A DNA stretch of 64,000 bases from Gemmatimonadota bacterium (GTDB taxonomy: Bacteria; Latescibacterota; UBA2968; UBA8231). Numbering within the stretch: position 1 is the first letter of the stretch; each line of letters starts with the position of its first letter. This document shows, piece after piece, positions 48,156 to 58,524 of this stretch. The DNA lies in the NCBI GenBank assembly GCA_038153405.1, contig JAYOYH010000016.1, positions 25,537 to 89,536 on the forward strand, given 5' to 3'. Below the pieces are notes generated by a model, which had not been told where the DNA came from, ran no database searches, and saw only the letters and a program-made list of their open reading frames with translations. Made by a program: the position numbers and the translations under genes.

Positions 48156-49580
48156 CTATACGCCAAGCTGCTTTTTGATCAGTTCCTGCACGAGTTGGGG
48201 GTTGGCTTTGCCGCGCGTGGCCTTCATGACGTGTCCCATGAGAAAGGCGACAGTCTTGAGGTTGCCGGCGCGGATTTTGTCGGCGGCATCCGGATTGTCG
48301 GCTATGGCTTGAGCGACGGCCCCATCTAGTTCGCCGCTGTCGGAAATCTGCACTAACCCTTTGGCTTCGACGATTTCGGCCGGTGTGCCGCCGCGCTCCC
48401 AAATCTCGCCAAAGACCTCGCGCGCCGCATTCTGGTTGATGGTTCCCTTGTACACCAAATCGATCAATTCGGCCAGCGCCCGTGCGGGGACTTTGATATC
48501 GACGCTATCCTCTTCATTGAGTCGGCGAAATACCTCGCCGGTTACCCAATTGGCCACCTGTTTGGCGTCGGTTTCCCCCTGGCGTGCGGCTTCTTCGAAG
48601 TAGGCGGCGATGTGCCGGTCTTCGATGAGCACGGCGATGTCCTGTGGGCTCAAGCCGTATTCATGGACAAAGCGCTGGGCCTTGGCATCGGGCAACTCGG
48701 GTAGTTCGGCGTGCGCTGCTTCAATCCACTCTGCGGATAGGTGCACATCGAGCAAGTCGGGTTCGGGAAAATAGCGGTAGTCCTCCGAAGTTTCCTTTGA
48801 GCGCTGTTCGCGCGTGGCACTGGTGTTTTCGTCCCAGCCCATGGTCACCTGGCGCACGTGGCCGCCGTCTTCAATGACTTGCTGTTGGCGCTTCACTTCG
48901 TACTCGATGGCATTGCGGACTGCGCGAAAGGAGTTGAGGTTTTTTACTTCTACTTTGGTTCCGTACTCGGTCGATCCTCGAGGTCGAATGGAGATATTTG
49001 CCTCGCAGCGCATGGCGCCCTTCTCCATATCGCCCGTCGATGCACTCAGGTAGCGCACGATCTGGCGAATTTTGGTTAGGTAGGCGTAGGCTTCTTCGGC
49101 AGAGCGAATGGACGAATCGGTGACGATTTCCATCAGCGGAACCCCGGCGCGGTTGTAGTCGACCAGGCTGGAGCGGCCCTCGTGCTGGAGTTTGCCGGTA
49201 TCCTCTTCGAGGTGAACGCGCACCACGCCGATGCGCTTGGTATGCCCGTCGACCTCTACATCTACATAGCCATCGGTGCACAGCGGCAGCTCATACTGCG
49301 ATACTTGGTAGCCTTTGGGTAGGTCTGGATAGACGTAGTTCTTACGCGCAAAGACGTTATGCGGTTGGATTGCGCAGTGCAGGGCCATGCCGGTCATAGC
49401 CGTTAGCTGCATGGCTCGCTCGTTGATGACCGGCAGCGCGCCGGGCTGGGCGGTGCATACGGGACACACGTGGGCGTTGGCCGCGACGAGAAAGTGGTCG
49501 GCTGGACAGCGGCAGAACATCTTGGACTGCGTGTGCAGCTCGACGTGCACTTCCATGCCGATAACGGTTTCATAAGACAC
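48156..49580 (-). CDS. gatB: Asp-tRNA(Asn)/Glu-tRNA(Gln) amidotransferase subunit B
   Basis: [62 protein letters not shown]. Confidence 0.97.
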   Translation of the reverse strand: MSYETVIGMEVHVELHTQSKMFCRCPADHFLVAANAHVCPVCTAQPGALPVINERAMQLTAMTGMALHCAIQPHNVFARKNYVYPDLPKGYQVSQYELPLCTDGYVDVEVDGHTKRIGVVRVHLEEDTGKLQHEGRSSLVDYNRAGVPLMEIVTDSSIRSAEEAYAYLTKIRQIVRYLSASTGDMEKGAMRCEANISIRPRGSTEYGTKVEVKNLNSFRAVRNAIEYEVKRQQQVIEDGGHVRQVTMGWDENTSATREQRSKETSEDYRYFPEPDLLDVHLSAEWIEAAHAELPELPDAKAQRFVHEYGLSPQDIAVLIEDRHIAAYFEEAARQGETDAKQVANWVTGEVFRRLNEEDSVDIKVPARALAELIDLVYKGTINQNAAREVFGEIWERGGTPAEIVEAKGLVQISDSGELDGAVAQAIADNPDAADKIRAGNLKTVAFLMGHVMKATRGKANPQLVQELIKKQLGV

Positions 49581-49672
49581 GATGCAGAGTCTCCTTGGCG
49601 TGGCAAAACGAGTGTAGTCGACTACAAAAAAATGCGCGTTAGCCGTGAATTTGGCCAGTCGGCGCCGCCCGT

Positions 49673-51556
49673 TTAGGCGAAGAGCACGTGTGCTCTGAGA
49701 AAGGCATCGACGTCGCGGTAAAATCGTTCGATGGTTTCGGGACGGCGCCAGCCGTGTCCCTCGCCCTCGTAGAGATGGTAGGCGTGTGGCACGCCGCGTC
49801 GACGCAGGCTGGCGACGATTTCCTCGGCTTGAGTAGGTGGCACGACGCGGTCCTCGCTGCCTTGGAATAGGGCTATGGGATCGCGCATGGCATCGGCGCA
49901 GAAAATTGGCGAACGCTCGCGGTAGACCGAGGCGGCCTCGGGCAGTGGGCCGAGCAGTGAGTCGAGATAGCGCGCTTCGAATTTGTGCGTATCGGCGGCC
50001 AGGCTGAAGAGGTTAGAAATTCCATAGAGACAGAGCCCAGCGCGAAAAAAGCCGGGATGGACGGCGAGGGTGCGCAGCACAGTATAGCCGCCAGCGCTGC
50101 CGCCGCACAGCACTAGGCGCTGTGCATCGGCCAAGCCCTCGTCGCACAGATGTTGGGCGCCGCTTAGAGCATCTTCAACGTCGGATACGCCCCAATTGCC
50201 GCGCAGGGCTTCCATATAGGAGCGGCCATGACCGGTGCTACCGCGGTAGTCCAGGTCGAGAAAGGCCCAGCCGCGCGTGGCAAAGTACTGGGCGCGCGCT
50301 TCAAAGCTCATTTCGATGAAGGAGGTAGGGCCGCCGTGCACGTTGACGACTAGCGGCGGTTGGCCGCGGCCGACAAAGCGCTGGCTGGCTGGAGGATAAT
50401 AGAGGCCGTATACGGCGCTGCCATCGGCGGTTTTCCACGAAATAGACTCGGGCCGCGATAGCTCTTCGGGGGGGAGCGACTCGCTGCTGGAACGTGCGCG
50501 GACATGCACTTTATCTGTGCTGCAGACGACGATGCGCGCTGGCGTGGCCGGTCCCGAGGCGATGCAGGCCAGCGCGCGTCCGCGCGGAGCGAGTGCCAGT
50601 TGTTCTACGTGGTCGTATGCCGCCATTGCGTCGACCGGTGCGATGGCGCCGCTGTCCATGCACATGCGGTAGATGCGCCTGCCGCCGCGTTCGCTGCGCA
50701 CAAAGAAGAGCGCGCCGTCTGCGGAAAATCCGTATGACCGCAGTCCTTGAACCCAGGCGGGAGTCGCCACGTCAAAGGGCTCTGCGCTGAGGCAACGGTC
50801 CTGTCCGGTCGCCAAGTCGCGGCACCACAGCTGGCTCCAGCCGTTGCAATCGGAGGCATATACGAGGTGGCGGCCGTCGGGAGAAAAACAGGGCTGGGCA
50901 ACTGATTCATCAGAGCCCCCGGCCACGCTGCACTGCTCCTTTGCAAAGGGCTGACCGTCAGCGCGAAAGCCAACATGGGCTACGATAAGGCGCGATCCGT
51001 CCCAGGGCATCTGCGGGTGGTCCCACTCAATCCACGCCAGCATACGCCCCTTGGGATGCCAGCACGGCTGCATGTAGAAATCGGCGCCCTGAGCAAAGAT
51101 CTGTGGCCAGCGCACGCCTTGGCCATCTACCGCGACGAGGCGGTCGACGCCATCAACGCTGTGCACGTAGATAAGGTGCCGGCCATTGGGCGATGGGGTG
51201 GGCGCCGCCGCGTGGCCAAAGGGTGGCGTAATGGCCTGTGCTGGTCCTGCCGCCAATGGCTGTCGGTAAATGCGCCCGCCGTTTTCGACGAAGTAGACGT
51301 GGCCGGCGGAGACGGCAAAGTCGCCGCCGCCGTAGCCAACCTGAGCGCGCACCGACAAGTCGCCGTTGAGATCGCGCGGTGCGCTGGTGCCGCGCTGGCA
51401 GACGAGCGCGCCGTGCGCGCCGCGTCCCTCTAGCCAGACCAGCGTTTGTCCATCGGAGTCCCAAGCAACATCGCGCAGGCGCTTGGCCTGCGACAGAGCG
51501 ACCGGATCGAGGTCGCTAGTCCAGAGGCCAAAAGGGCGCTCCTGGCGATCAGACAT
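49673..51556 (-). CDS. S9 family peptidase (acylaminoacyl/dipeptidyl peptidase-like)
   Basis: HGGPT, YRGSTG.GR, GGSAGGY, FQG.ED.VVPP, EGHG. Confidence 0.94.
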   Translation of the reverse strand: MSDRQERPFGLWTSDLDPVALSQAKRLRDVAWDSDGQTLVWLEGRGAHGALVCQRGTSAPRDLNGDLSVRAQVGYGGGDFAVSAGHVYFVENGGRIYRQPLAAGPAQAITPPFGHAAAPTPSPNGRHLIYVHSVDGVDRLVAVDGQGVRWPQIFAQGADFYMQPCWHPKGRMLAWIEWDHPQMPWDGSRLIVAHVGFRADGQPFAKEQCSVAGGSDESVAQPCFSPDGRHLVYASDCNGWSQLWCRDLATGQDRCLSAEPFDVATPAWVQGLRSYGFSADGALFFVRSERGGRRIYRMCMDSGAIAPVDAMAAYDHVEQLALAPRGRALACIASGPATPARIVVCSTDKVHVRARSSSESLPPEELSRPESISWKTADGSAVYGLYYPPASQRFVGRGQPPLVVNVHGGPTSFIEMSFEARAQYFATRGWAFLDLDYRGSTGHGRSYMEALRGNWGVSDVEDALSGAQHLCDEGLADAQRLVLCGGSAGGYTVLRTLAVHPGFFRAGLCLYGISNLFSLAADTHKFEARYLDSLLGPLPEAASVYRERSPIFCADAMRDPIALFQGSEDRVVPPTQAEEIVASLRRRGVPHAYHLYEGEGHGWRRPETIERFYRDVDAFLRAHVLFA

Positions 51557-51923
51557 GCTCCATCAATTCGATTTTTACGTGATCGGGCCCGTTGATAAAG
51601 ACGATGCGCATGCCGTTTTCCAACTGCACTGGCCCCATCCAGATGGAGACGCCGTGCCGCTCAATTTCGGCCAGAGTCGCGTCGAAATCGTCGGTGACAA
51701 GGGCGAAGTGGTCGAATCCTTGGTAGCGGCCCAATTCCATATTGGCGAAATCGCGATCGGTGACGGTGATCTGCACCGAGCCGATATAGACCTGGACCCA
51801 GGTGGCGCCGCCGCGCTCAAAGGGGGCGTCGGAGGTTGCGTTGAAAAACTTTTTGTACCAGGCGACGGTTTCGTCTACGTTCTTCGTTTCGTGATGAATG
51901 TGGTTAAACGTGTAATTGGGCAT
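51549..51923 (-). CDS. VOC/glyoxalase family protein
   Basis: FNHIH, DHFAL, F..GPD..KIEL. Confidence 0.9.
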   Translation of the reverse strand: MPNYTFNHIHHETKNVDETVAWYKKFFNATSDAPFERGGATWVQVYIGSVQITVTDRDFANMELGRYQGFDHFALVTDDFDATLAEIERHGVSIWMGPVQLENGMRIVFINGPDHVKIELMEHV

Positions 51924-51934
51924 GGCGTCCTCGA

Positions 51935-53080
51935 TTATAGGTGTGGTTTTTTGCGAAAGCGTGCATACGCATCGCTCTCTAATAGGTCGTTGAGTGCGAT
52001 GCGCTGGCCGCCTAATTCGTCAGAGATATTGGCGCCGAGCACGGCGGCGTGGCTGTTGATACTCGACGCAAACGTATTGCGCAGCGGCGCTTCGCTCTGC
52101 TCTTTGACCGCTTGAACAAAGGCGCGGCTGATTTCCAGCGTGTTGTTGTTGCGCGCGCCCAATGCCAGCGGATGGCGCAGCGAGGACGAATCGACATGGC
52201 CCTCGGGTGGGTAGGGACCGTCGTAGTAGTAGGCGACGGGACCGTCCCCCTCCAGCTTTAAGTGGCCGCGATCCCAGGTTATATCCTGATAGGAATCGCC
52301 CCAGAATGTCTTGCGCAGGCGGCACATCATTAGATTGGCAATCATGCCGCAGGCAAAGCCGTAGGTCACGGAATAAGCGTAGGGGTTATCGCCGCCGTCC
52401 TCTATATCGTCCTCATCGCGGTGGATATAGCGCGCCTCTACCCAGTCGATATCGCCGGCCCAGTAGCGCATCAGGTCCGTCTGGTGAATCCCCGCCTCGA
52501 CGATGGTGCCACCTGACCAGGAGCGGTTGGCTGCCCACACGCGGTTTTGCGGGCCGCCGATGGCCTCGGTGCGCGTGTGCTTGACCGAGTGCGACTCCAG
52601 TGTGCCATTGACTACGTTGGTCATCATCACTAAGCGCTTGTCGGCGAGAAAATCGCGCATACCCGCGTGCCAGTTGTCGTGGCGCTGGTTAAAGCCGACG
52701 GTGGAGAGCACGCCTGCCCGCTCTATGGTGCGCTGCATTTCCAGCGCTTCGTCTAGAAAGAGGCTAACGGGTTTTTCGACGAAGAGATGCACGCCTTTTT
52801 CGGCTGCGCGCAGAACTTCGCCCTCGTGCAGCGAAGGGGGGATGGCAAAGTAAATCGCGTCGAGGTTACCCGCGGCAAAGAAATCGGCAAAACGGGTGTA
52901 GATGCGCGTGTCGCCCATGCGAAATCCGTCGACGTAGCGAGCAATTTTATCTTCGGCGAGGTTTTCTGGGGATGGATCGCACAGCGCCGCGATTTCGGCA
53001 TCGTCGATTTGCCAGAGTGAGTTGAGGTGCTGGAGGCCGCGTTGGCCGAGGCCGACGATGCCAATTTTTACTGGGCTCAT
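51935..53080 (-). CDS. Gfo/Idh/MocA family oxidoreductase
   Basis: IGIVGLGQRG, HLFVEKP, VGFNQR, GG..E..IH..D. Confidence 0.9.
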   Translation of the reverse strand: MSPVKIGIVGLGQRGLQHLNSLWQIDDAEIAALCDPSPENLAEDKIARYVDGFRMGDTRIYTRFADFFAAGNLDAIYFAIPPSLHEGEVLRAAEKGVHLFVEKPVSLFLDEALEMQRTIERAGVLSTVGFNQRHDNWHAGMRDFLADKRLVMMTNVVNGTLESHSVKHTRTEAIGGPQNRVWAANRSWSGGTIVEAGIHQTDLMRYWAGDIDWVEARYIHRDEDDIEDGGDNPYAYSVTYGFACGMIANLMMCRLRKTFWGDSYQDITWDRGHLKLEGDGPVAYYYDGPYPPEGHVDSSSLRHPLALGARNNNTLEISRAFVQAVKEQSEAPLRNTFASSINSHAAVLGANISDELGGQRIALNDLLESDAYARFRKKPHL

Positions 53081-53198
53081 GTGGTATCTCCTGTAGCAAT
53101 GCGCCGCTGAAACTTTGCAAAAAAGACGGTGCTGTCAAGAGGTGTTTGCCGTGCGCTGCATATATTTGTACACTTGTTGGAGGTATGGAAAAACGAGC

Positions 53199-53750
53199 AT
53201 GAATCAGCGCATATTAGATCCCGAATGGGAAAATATCTTTCGCCGTGCGGACGACGAGCGCGCGCCTATTGTCGAGGTGCTCAGTCACGTTCCCATCTTC
53301 AGCCTGCTCAGTCGCAGCGAACTACTGCTCATTGCGCGCGCAGTGCACGTGCGCCATTACGCGGCCGGCGAGGTCGTGGTGCGGCGCGGCGTTTCACAGT
53401 CCGGCTTCTACGTCATACATAGTGGATCGGTCCATATCGTGCACGGCGATGGCCACGTCGTCGGCACGCTAAATGCCCTAGAACTGATCGGCGAATTTGC
53501 CCTGCTCAACGACAGCCCGCGATCGTCGTCGTTAGTGGCGGCAGAACCGAGCGAACTCATCGGCTTTTTTAAACCGGACCTGATGAATATTCTCGTGACG
53601 CGGCCGGCATTGGGCTGCAAGATCACTCTGCGCCTAGCCGAAGAGATGGCGCAGAGTCTGCAGGTCGACTACATCCGCCTGCGCGCAATGGGATATCCCT
53701 TTGTTGCCGGGCAGAATATCAGAGCGGAAATGGACCCAACTGCCCTGTGA
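53199..53750 (+). CDS. cyclic nucleotide-binding domain protein
   Basis: VPIFSLL, FYVIHSGSV, IGEFALL..SPRSSS. Confidence 0.88.
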   Translation: MNQRILDPEWENIFRRADDERAPIVEVLSHVPIFSLLSRSELLLIARAVHVRHYAAGEVVVRRGVSQSGFYVIHSGSVHIVHGDGHVVGTLNALELIGEFALLNDSPRSSSLVAAEPSELIGFFKPDLMNILVTRPALGCKITLRLAEEMAQSLQVDYIRLRAMGYPFVAGQNIRAEMDPTAL

Positions 53751-54124
53751 TGAATAAGATGAACAAGAAAAAGACGCGATCCAAAAAAAAGATGAACGGC
53801 AAGTCCTCAAGCGAGAAGTCTTCGCTGCTCACGCGGCTTTTTGGCGGCGCCAAGAAAAAAGGGGACAAGGCAAAACCGTCAGCGCCAAAAGCCAAGGCAA
53901 AGCCGCTGACGCCCCTGCAGCGCTCTATTGCCGAAATCCAGCAGATGACGAAAATCGGTCAGCGAGACCCAGAGCGCCTGGCGCAGTTGCTCATCACCAT
54001 GTTGGGCAAAGAGCGCGCCAGAGAAGAGGCCGACAAACAGCAGTTCGACCAGCAGGTGTGGGATATCATCCACCGCGATGAGGAAAAAAAGGCGGGGGAT
54101 GCCGCCGACGGACAATCCGCCTAA
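53750..54124 (+). CDS. hypothetical Lys-rich protein
   Basis: overlaps the upstream stop codon; Lys-rich N-terminus and helical C-terminal half. Confidence 0.7.
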   Translation: MNKMNKKKTRSKKKMNGKSSSEKSSLLTRLFGGAKKKGDKAKPSAPKAKAKPLTPLQRSIAEIQQMTKIGQRDPERLAQLLITMLGKERAREEADKQQFDQQVWDIIHRDEEKKAGDAADGQSA

Positions 54125-54184
54125 ATCCCGTTATTCACGATGGGCGTTAGCGGTTCCCAGTGGACTGAAGACCGGTGTGCTGCC

Positions 54185-55006
54185 TCATGCGATCGCGTCG
54201 CAGATGCCTTTGAGATAGTGCAGGCTGCCGGCTGCAATGGTGCGCGGATCGGGGGCGAAATCGAATACTTCCACGGATACATAGCGCTGGTAGTTTAGTT
54301 CGTTGAGCGTTTTCATCACAGCGGTGAAGTCCGTCTCGCCGAAGCCAGGCCCGCGCTTGTTGGCGTCGTTGACGTGCACGTGGTATAAGTGCTCTCCCGA
54401 GTCGCGCAGCAGCTGAGCAACGGCAATGTCTTCGGTCGAACCCGAGCACACGTCGACCATGGTGCGGAAGTTGGGGTGATCGATTTCGGCGACCATGCGC
54501 CGCGCCTCCTCACAGGTCGATATGATATTGGTCTGAGCCTTGCTCAGCGATTCGATGCACAGGTAGACGCCGTGCGCTTCGGCCAGGTCGAGGCTGGCTT
54601 CGAAGGCGGCGCGCATGCGCTGCCAGCACGCTTCCCTATCCCAGCCCTCCTGCACATTGCGCTGCATGGGCGAGCCGATAATCATCACCTGACCCCCGAG
54701 ATCGCCGCAGAACTGCACTAAGCTTCTGAAATAGTCGCGCGTGCGCTGGTATATGGCGTCGTCGGGATGGGTTATGTAGAGTCCCTCCGGGCTGGCCAGC
54801 AGCCAGTGCAGACCGACGATTTCCACGCCGCTGCGCTCGGCTGCTGCGCGTATCTGGCTGCGGCGCTGGGCCGAGATATCCTCGACGCTCTTTTCGATGG
54901 CAAACGGGGCGATTTCCACGCCGTCGTAGCCGAGATCGGCCGCATAGGAAAAGACGTCTTCGATCGCCCACCCCTCAAAGTATTCGTTGCACGTGGCAAA
55001 TTTCAT
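54185..55006 (-). CDS. sugar phosphate isomerase/epimerase (TIM barrel, D-tagatose 3-epimerase-like)
   Basis: GYDGVEIAP, CIESL, HVHVNDAN.RGPGFG, SVEVF. Confidence 0.9.
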   Translation of the reverse strand: MKFATCNEYFEGWAIEDVFSYAADLGYDGVEIAPFAIEKSVEDISAQRRSQIRAAAERSGVEIVGLHWLLASPEGLYITHPDDAIYQRTRDYFRSLVQFCGDLGGQVMIIGSPMQRNVQEGWDREACWQRMRAAFEASLDLAEAHGVYLCIESLSKAQTNIISTCEEARRMVAEIDHPNFRTMVDVCSGSTEDIAVAQLLRDSGEHLYHVHVNDANKRGPGFGETDFTAVMKTLNELNYQRYVSVEVFDFAPDPRTIAAGSLHYLKGICDAIA

Positions 55007-55107
55007 GCGATTTCTCCAGTCAGTGCGTGCCGACGGACCCAAACCGCTTTCCGCTGCACAGCTCGATGCGATAATAATGGATGAAAAGATACAGTTTGGT
55101 CAGATCC

Positions 55108-55123
55108 TTTCAAGCGCTTGAAA
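55108..55123. promoter_or_regulatory. perfect 16-bp palindrome, LacI-family operator-like
   Basis: TTTCAAGCGCTTGAAA in the divergent intergenic region. Confidence 0.55.
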
Positions 55124-55164
55124 CAAACGCGTGTAATACGGGAGGCGCAATAGGGTCGGTAGCG

Positions 55165-55228
55165 TTACAGCGACCTGTCTGGCCAAGCCGTATAATCGGT
55201 CGGCACGCGCGTTGCATGGTCGCTGTAA
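55165..55228. repeat. perfect 11-bp inverted repeats flanking a 42-bp segment with promoter-like motifs
   Basis: TTACAGCGACC (55165-55175) and GGTCGCTGTAA (55218-55228). Confidence 0.75.
55201..55216 (+). promoter_or_regulatory. candidate sigma54 promoter
   Basis: CGGCACGCGCGTTGCA, a GG-N10-GC with GGCAC and TTGC, 25 bp before the ATG at 55241. Confidence 0.6.
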
Positions 55229-55240
55229 AAGGAGGGGGCC

Positions 55241-56776
55241 ATGTGGCAAGTACTCTTTTTGTTGGTTGCGTCGGCGACGTCGTTTGCGGCCGTAGTGGAC
55301 GAAGTAGAAGATGGCGCAGTGCTGCTGCGCGTCCTCGATGACGAGCGCGGTGCAGATCGCGTGAGGGTGCGCTGGCGACTGCGCGGTTGGAATGGGGTAC
55401 AGGCCTATCAACGCGTTGAGTGGCAGGACAGCACGCGCGCGTTCTTTCTTCTACACGAGCGCGATGCTGGCGAAGAGTGGTGGGACTTTGTCTCTTTGCA
55501 CTGGGCGCAAAAAGGGCGCTGGGGCGAACTGGCCATTGGCGATATACAGCCGAAAGTCGGTGGGGGACTGCTGTGGGGGCGCGGTCGTCACAGCAGCACG
55601 GCGGCGCGTTGGTCGCTGCGCGACAGCCGCCACTTGGGCTACCGCTCGGCGGTGGAAAACGGCACCGTGCGCGGTGTGGCGTGGCGGCAGCGGTTCGGAG
55701 TGTGGCAGTGGGTAGTGCTGGGAGGACGCGCTCAATTTGACGCGCGCAGCGACGGGACTGGACGCGTTGTGTCTCTGCCAGAAAGCGGGCTGCACGTCTC
55801 GCTCACCGAGCGCCGGGGGCGCAAAGCGCTGAGCGCCGATGTGGCCGGGCTGAGCCTGCAGCGCGTGGCAAGCGGTAGCCGCTTTGGTGCCGTACTGCAA
55901 TTTACAGGCTTTTCGCGCTGCTTGGATCTGCGCCGGCAGGGCCGCACGCCGTGGGACTTTGTCGGCAACAGACAGGCACTGTGGTCTATCGACGCAGCGC
56001 GGCGTTCAAGAGCTGGCGAGTGGGCGGGCGAAATGGGCTGCGCGGCCGATGGCCACTGTGCCGGGTTGGCGCAGTGGCACCGGCGCTGGGGAAGGCGCTA
56101 TGCGCGGCTGCTCGTGCGCTATTATTCGGCCGAGTTTCGCTCTTTTTTTTCTGCGGTGCCGAGTGCGTCGACGGCACAAAACGAAGTCGGAGCAGCACTC
56201 GTATTCGGAGCTCGAGCGCTAAGGGCCTATGCCGATATCTATCGACGGCCACAGCGGTCGTATTTTCTGCCCGTAGCGGCCACGCATGCCAGGTGGGGAG
56301 GCGATGGTCGCTGGCGCACAGACATCGGGCGCGTGCGCGTGGTGCTGCGCGGCACGCGCAGACCGGCGTGGGTCGACGGCCAGGTGCGCGCCGAATATCG
56401 GATGCGCGGCTATGTCGACATTGAGCGCGGGAAGTGGGCCGTGCAGAGTCAACTGGCGCGCTGGCAGAGAGGGGGAGCACCCGTTGAGTGGGGACGCGCA
56501 TTGTCTCTGCGCTGGCGCGTTCAGCAGCGCGCGTGGCGTGGGGTGATGCACGCCAGCACTTTTCTTTCGGACTCCTTTGCCAGTCGCCTCTACGAATACG
56601 AGTACGATGTGCCGGGTGCCGTCACCATACGGCCCCTCTACGGGCGCGGAGAACGAGTCTACGCTCTAGTGGGCCGGCGCTGGGGAGGCGTGCATATATT
56701 CGTGCGCTATCGCCTGCAGCGCGATGTGCGCTGGCGCCATTACGGCGGGGCGCTGGTAGAATGGGCCGCTGATTGA
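55241..56776 (+). CDS. hypothetical exported protein, probable outer-membrane beta-barrel
   Basis: signal peptide MWQVLFLLVASATSFA; Trp/Arg-rich alternating beta-strands; SRLYEYEYDV..LYGRG.R.Y; AAGGAGG RBS. Confidence 0.7.
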   Translation: MWQVLFLLVASATSFAAVVDEVEDGAVLLRVLDDERGADRVRVRWRLRGWNGVQAYQRVEWQDSTRAFFLLHERDAGEEWWDFVSLHWAQKGRWGELAIGDIQPKVGGGLLWGRGRHSSTAARWSLRDSRHLGYRSAVENGTVRGVAWRQRFGVWQWVVLGGRAQFDARSDGTGRVVSLPESGLHVSLTERRGRKALSADVAGLSLQRVASGSRFGAVLQFTGFSRCLDLRRQGRTPWDFVGNRQALWSIDAARRSRAGEWAGEMGCAADGHCAGLAQWHRRWGRRYARLLVRYYSAEFRSFFSAVPSASTAQNEVGAALVFGARALRAYADIYRRPQRSYFLPVAATHARWGGDGRWRTDIGRVRVVLRGTRRPAWVDGQVRAEYRMRGYVDIERGKWAVQSQLARWQRGGAPVEWGRALSLRWRVQQRAWRGVMHASTFLSDSFASRLYEYEYDVPGAVTIRPLYGRGERVYALVGRRWGGVHIFVRYRLQRDVRWRHYGGALVEWAAD

Positions 56777-56801
56777 CAAGGCCCATCGACATAGATACCT
56801 T
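56773..56801 (+). promoter_or_regulatory. candidate sigma70 promoter
   Basis: TTGACA-N17-TACCTT upstream of the HD-GYP gene. Confidence 0.55.
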
Positions 56802-56838
56802 GGCAGTGACACCTGTTCTCACCCACCGCTAATCCATA

Positions 56839-58380
56839 ATGTCTACGAGCGAAGAACGTCAATCTGCCCTAGAAGATCGGCTGCGCCGCCTCAACGAAAT
56901 TGGCATCGCGCTGTCTTCTGTGCAGAACGATCTCGGATCTCTATTAGAGCGCATTCTGCAGGAAGCTCGCCGCTTTACGCGCGCAGAGGCCGGCACGCTC
57001 TACTTAGTTAAAGACGATGTGCTGACGTTTGAGATTGCGCAAAACGACAGGCTGCGCATCGCTTTGGGCGGCCGCCGTGGCAAAGTCGATATCCCTCCGG
57101 TGCCGATCAACAAGGAGAGTGTATCGGGCTATGTCGCGACGACGGGCGAGGTGCTCAATATCGCCGACGTCTACGCCGAGAGTGAGAGTCACTTTGAGGG
57201 CCCGAAGAGCTACGATCGCATGACGGGCTACCACACGCGATCGCTCTTGGTCGTGCCGATGCGCGATCACGAAAACCAGATCATCGGCGTGCTGCAATTG
57301 CTCAATGCGCTCGACAGACAGGACAACGCCGTTGCCTTTTCCGGGCAAGACGAAGCGCTGGTTGAGTCGATGGCGTCGCAGGCCGCCGTGGCGATTAACA
57401 ACGTGCGCCTCATACGCGAAACGGAAGCGCTTTTTGAGGCCTTTGTTCGGGTGATGGCGACAGCTATCGACGAGCGCTCCCCCTACACGGGTGGTCATAT
57501 TCGCCGCGTTGCCGAATTGACCATGGTCGTCGCCCAGGCGGTCAACGAGTGTGCGGAAGGGCCGCTATCCGCGGTGCAGTTTAGCCAAGATGAGATGGAA
57601 GAGCTGCGCATCGCTGCTTGGATGCACGATATCGGCAAGATCACAACGCCGGAATGGGTCGTCGACAAGCCGACTAAGCTGACGACGATTTTCGACCGCG
57701 TGGAGCTGCTGCGTGCACGCTTCGCCCTCATGGTCCAGAGCGTCGAGTTGCAGGTGGCGCGCGGTCAGCTCGACGGCGAGGAGGGCGCGCGGTGTCGAGC
57801 GGCTATCGAGGACGATATGGCCTTTGTCGAGCGCGCTAATCTGCCGGGCGAGTTCATGGAAGACGCCGATCTGGAGCGCTTGGGTGAGATTGCCCAACGG
57901 ACCTATGAAATCGCCGGCCAGGAGCGACCTTGCATCACCGAAGAGGAATTGGTCAATCTGCGCATACGCAAGGGCAGCCTCACGGATGGCGAGCGCCAGA
58001 AGATCAACGATCACGCGGCGATGAGCATGAAGATGCTCAGGCAAATACCGTTTACGCGCAAACTGCAGCGCGTGCCGGAGATCGCCGGTGCGCATCACGA
58101 AAAACTCGATGGCAGTGGATATCCGCTGGGGCTAAAAGCCGACGAGATCGACGTGCAGTCACGCATACTCGCCCTAGTCGATATCTTCGAATCGCTCTGC
58201 GCCGACGATCGACCCTATCGCGCCCAGCCTATGCCGCGCGAGGTCGTTTTGCGCATTCTTACATCCATGGTAGACGACAATCATATCGACCGCGATGTAT
58301 ATGAACTTTTTCTGCGCGAGGGGCTCGATGCAAAGCTCGATGAAATCAAGGCGAAGATGAGCGGAGAACGGCGTGAGTGA
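56839..58380 (+). CDS. GAF + HD-GYP domain phosphodiesterase
   Basis: GAF (YDRMTGYHTRSLLVVPM...GVLQLLN), YTGGHIRRV, HDIGK, HHEKLDGSGYPLG, DRPY. Confidence 0.93.
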   Translation: MSTSEERQSALEDRLRRLNEIGIALSSVQNDLGSLLERILQEARRFTRAEAGTLYLVKDDVLTFEIAQNDRLRIALGGRRGKVDIPPVPINKESVSGYVATTGEVLNIADVYAESESHFEGPKSYDRMTGYHTRSLLVVPMRDHENQIIGVLQLLNALDRQDNAVAFSGQDEALVESMASQAAVAINNVRLIRETEALFEAFVRVMATAIDERSPYTGGHIRRVAELTMVVAQAVNECAEGPLSAVQFSQDEMEELRIAAWMHDIGKITTPEWVVDKPTKLTTIFDRVELLRARFALMVQSVELQVARGQLDGEEGARCRAAIEDDMAFVERANLPGEFMEDADLERLGEIAQRTYEIAGQERPCITEEELVNLRIRKGSLTDGERQKINDHAAMSMKMLRQIPFTRKLQRVPEIAGAHHEKLDGSGYPLGLKADEIDVQSRILALVDIFESLCADDRPYRAQPMPREVVLRILTSMVDDNHIDRDVYELFLREGLDAKLDEIKAKMSGERRE

Positions 58381-58400
58381 AGCTCGGTTTATCGCATTCG

Positions 58401-58443
58401 AGATCCGCTTTCCGCACCGTTCGGGAAGCGGATCTTTCTTTTT
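58401..58443 (+). terminator. Rho-independent terminator
   Basis: AGATCCGCTT(TCCG)...(CGGG)AAGCGGATCT followed by TTCTTTTT. Confidence 0.82.
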
Positions 58444-58524
58444 CCCCCATCGCATCTTTAGCGTCTATAGATAGGCTCGTATTGAATCTATTGTCCCCCC
58501 GCATATTTCGAGTATCTATATAGT

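Noticed and set aside
53185..53202. Five-codon ORF MEKRA overlapping the cNMP gene start
   Set aside because: GGAGGT directly abuts its ATG, so it more plausibly serves the downstream start; too short to support
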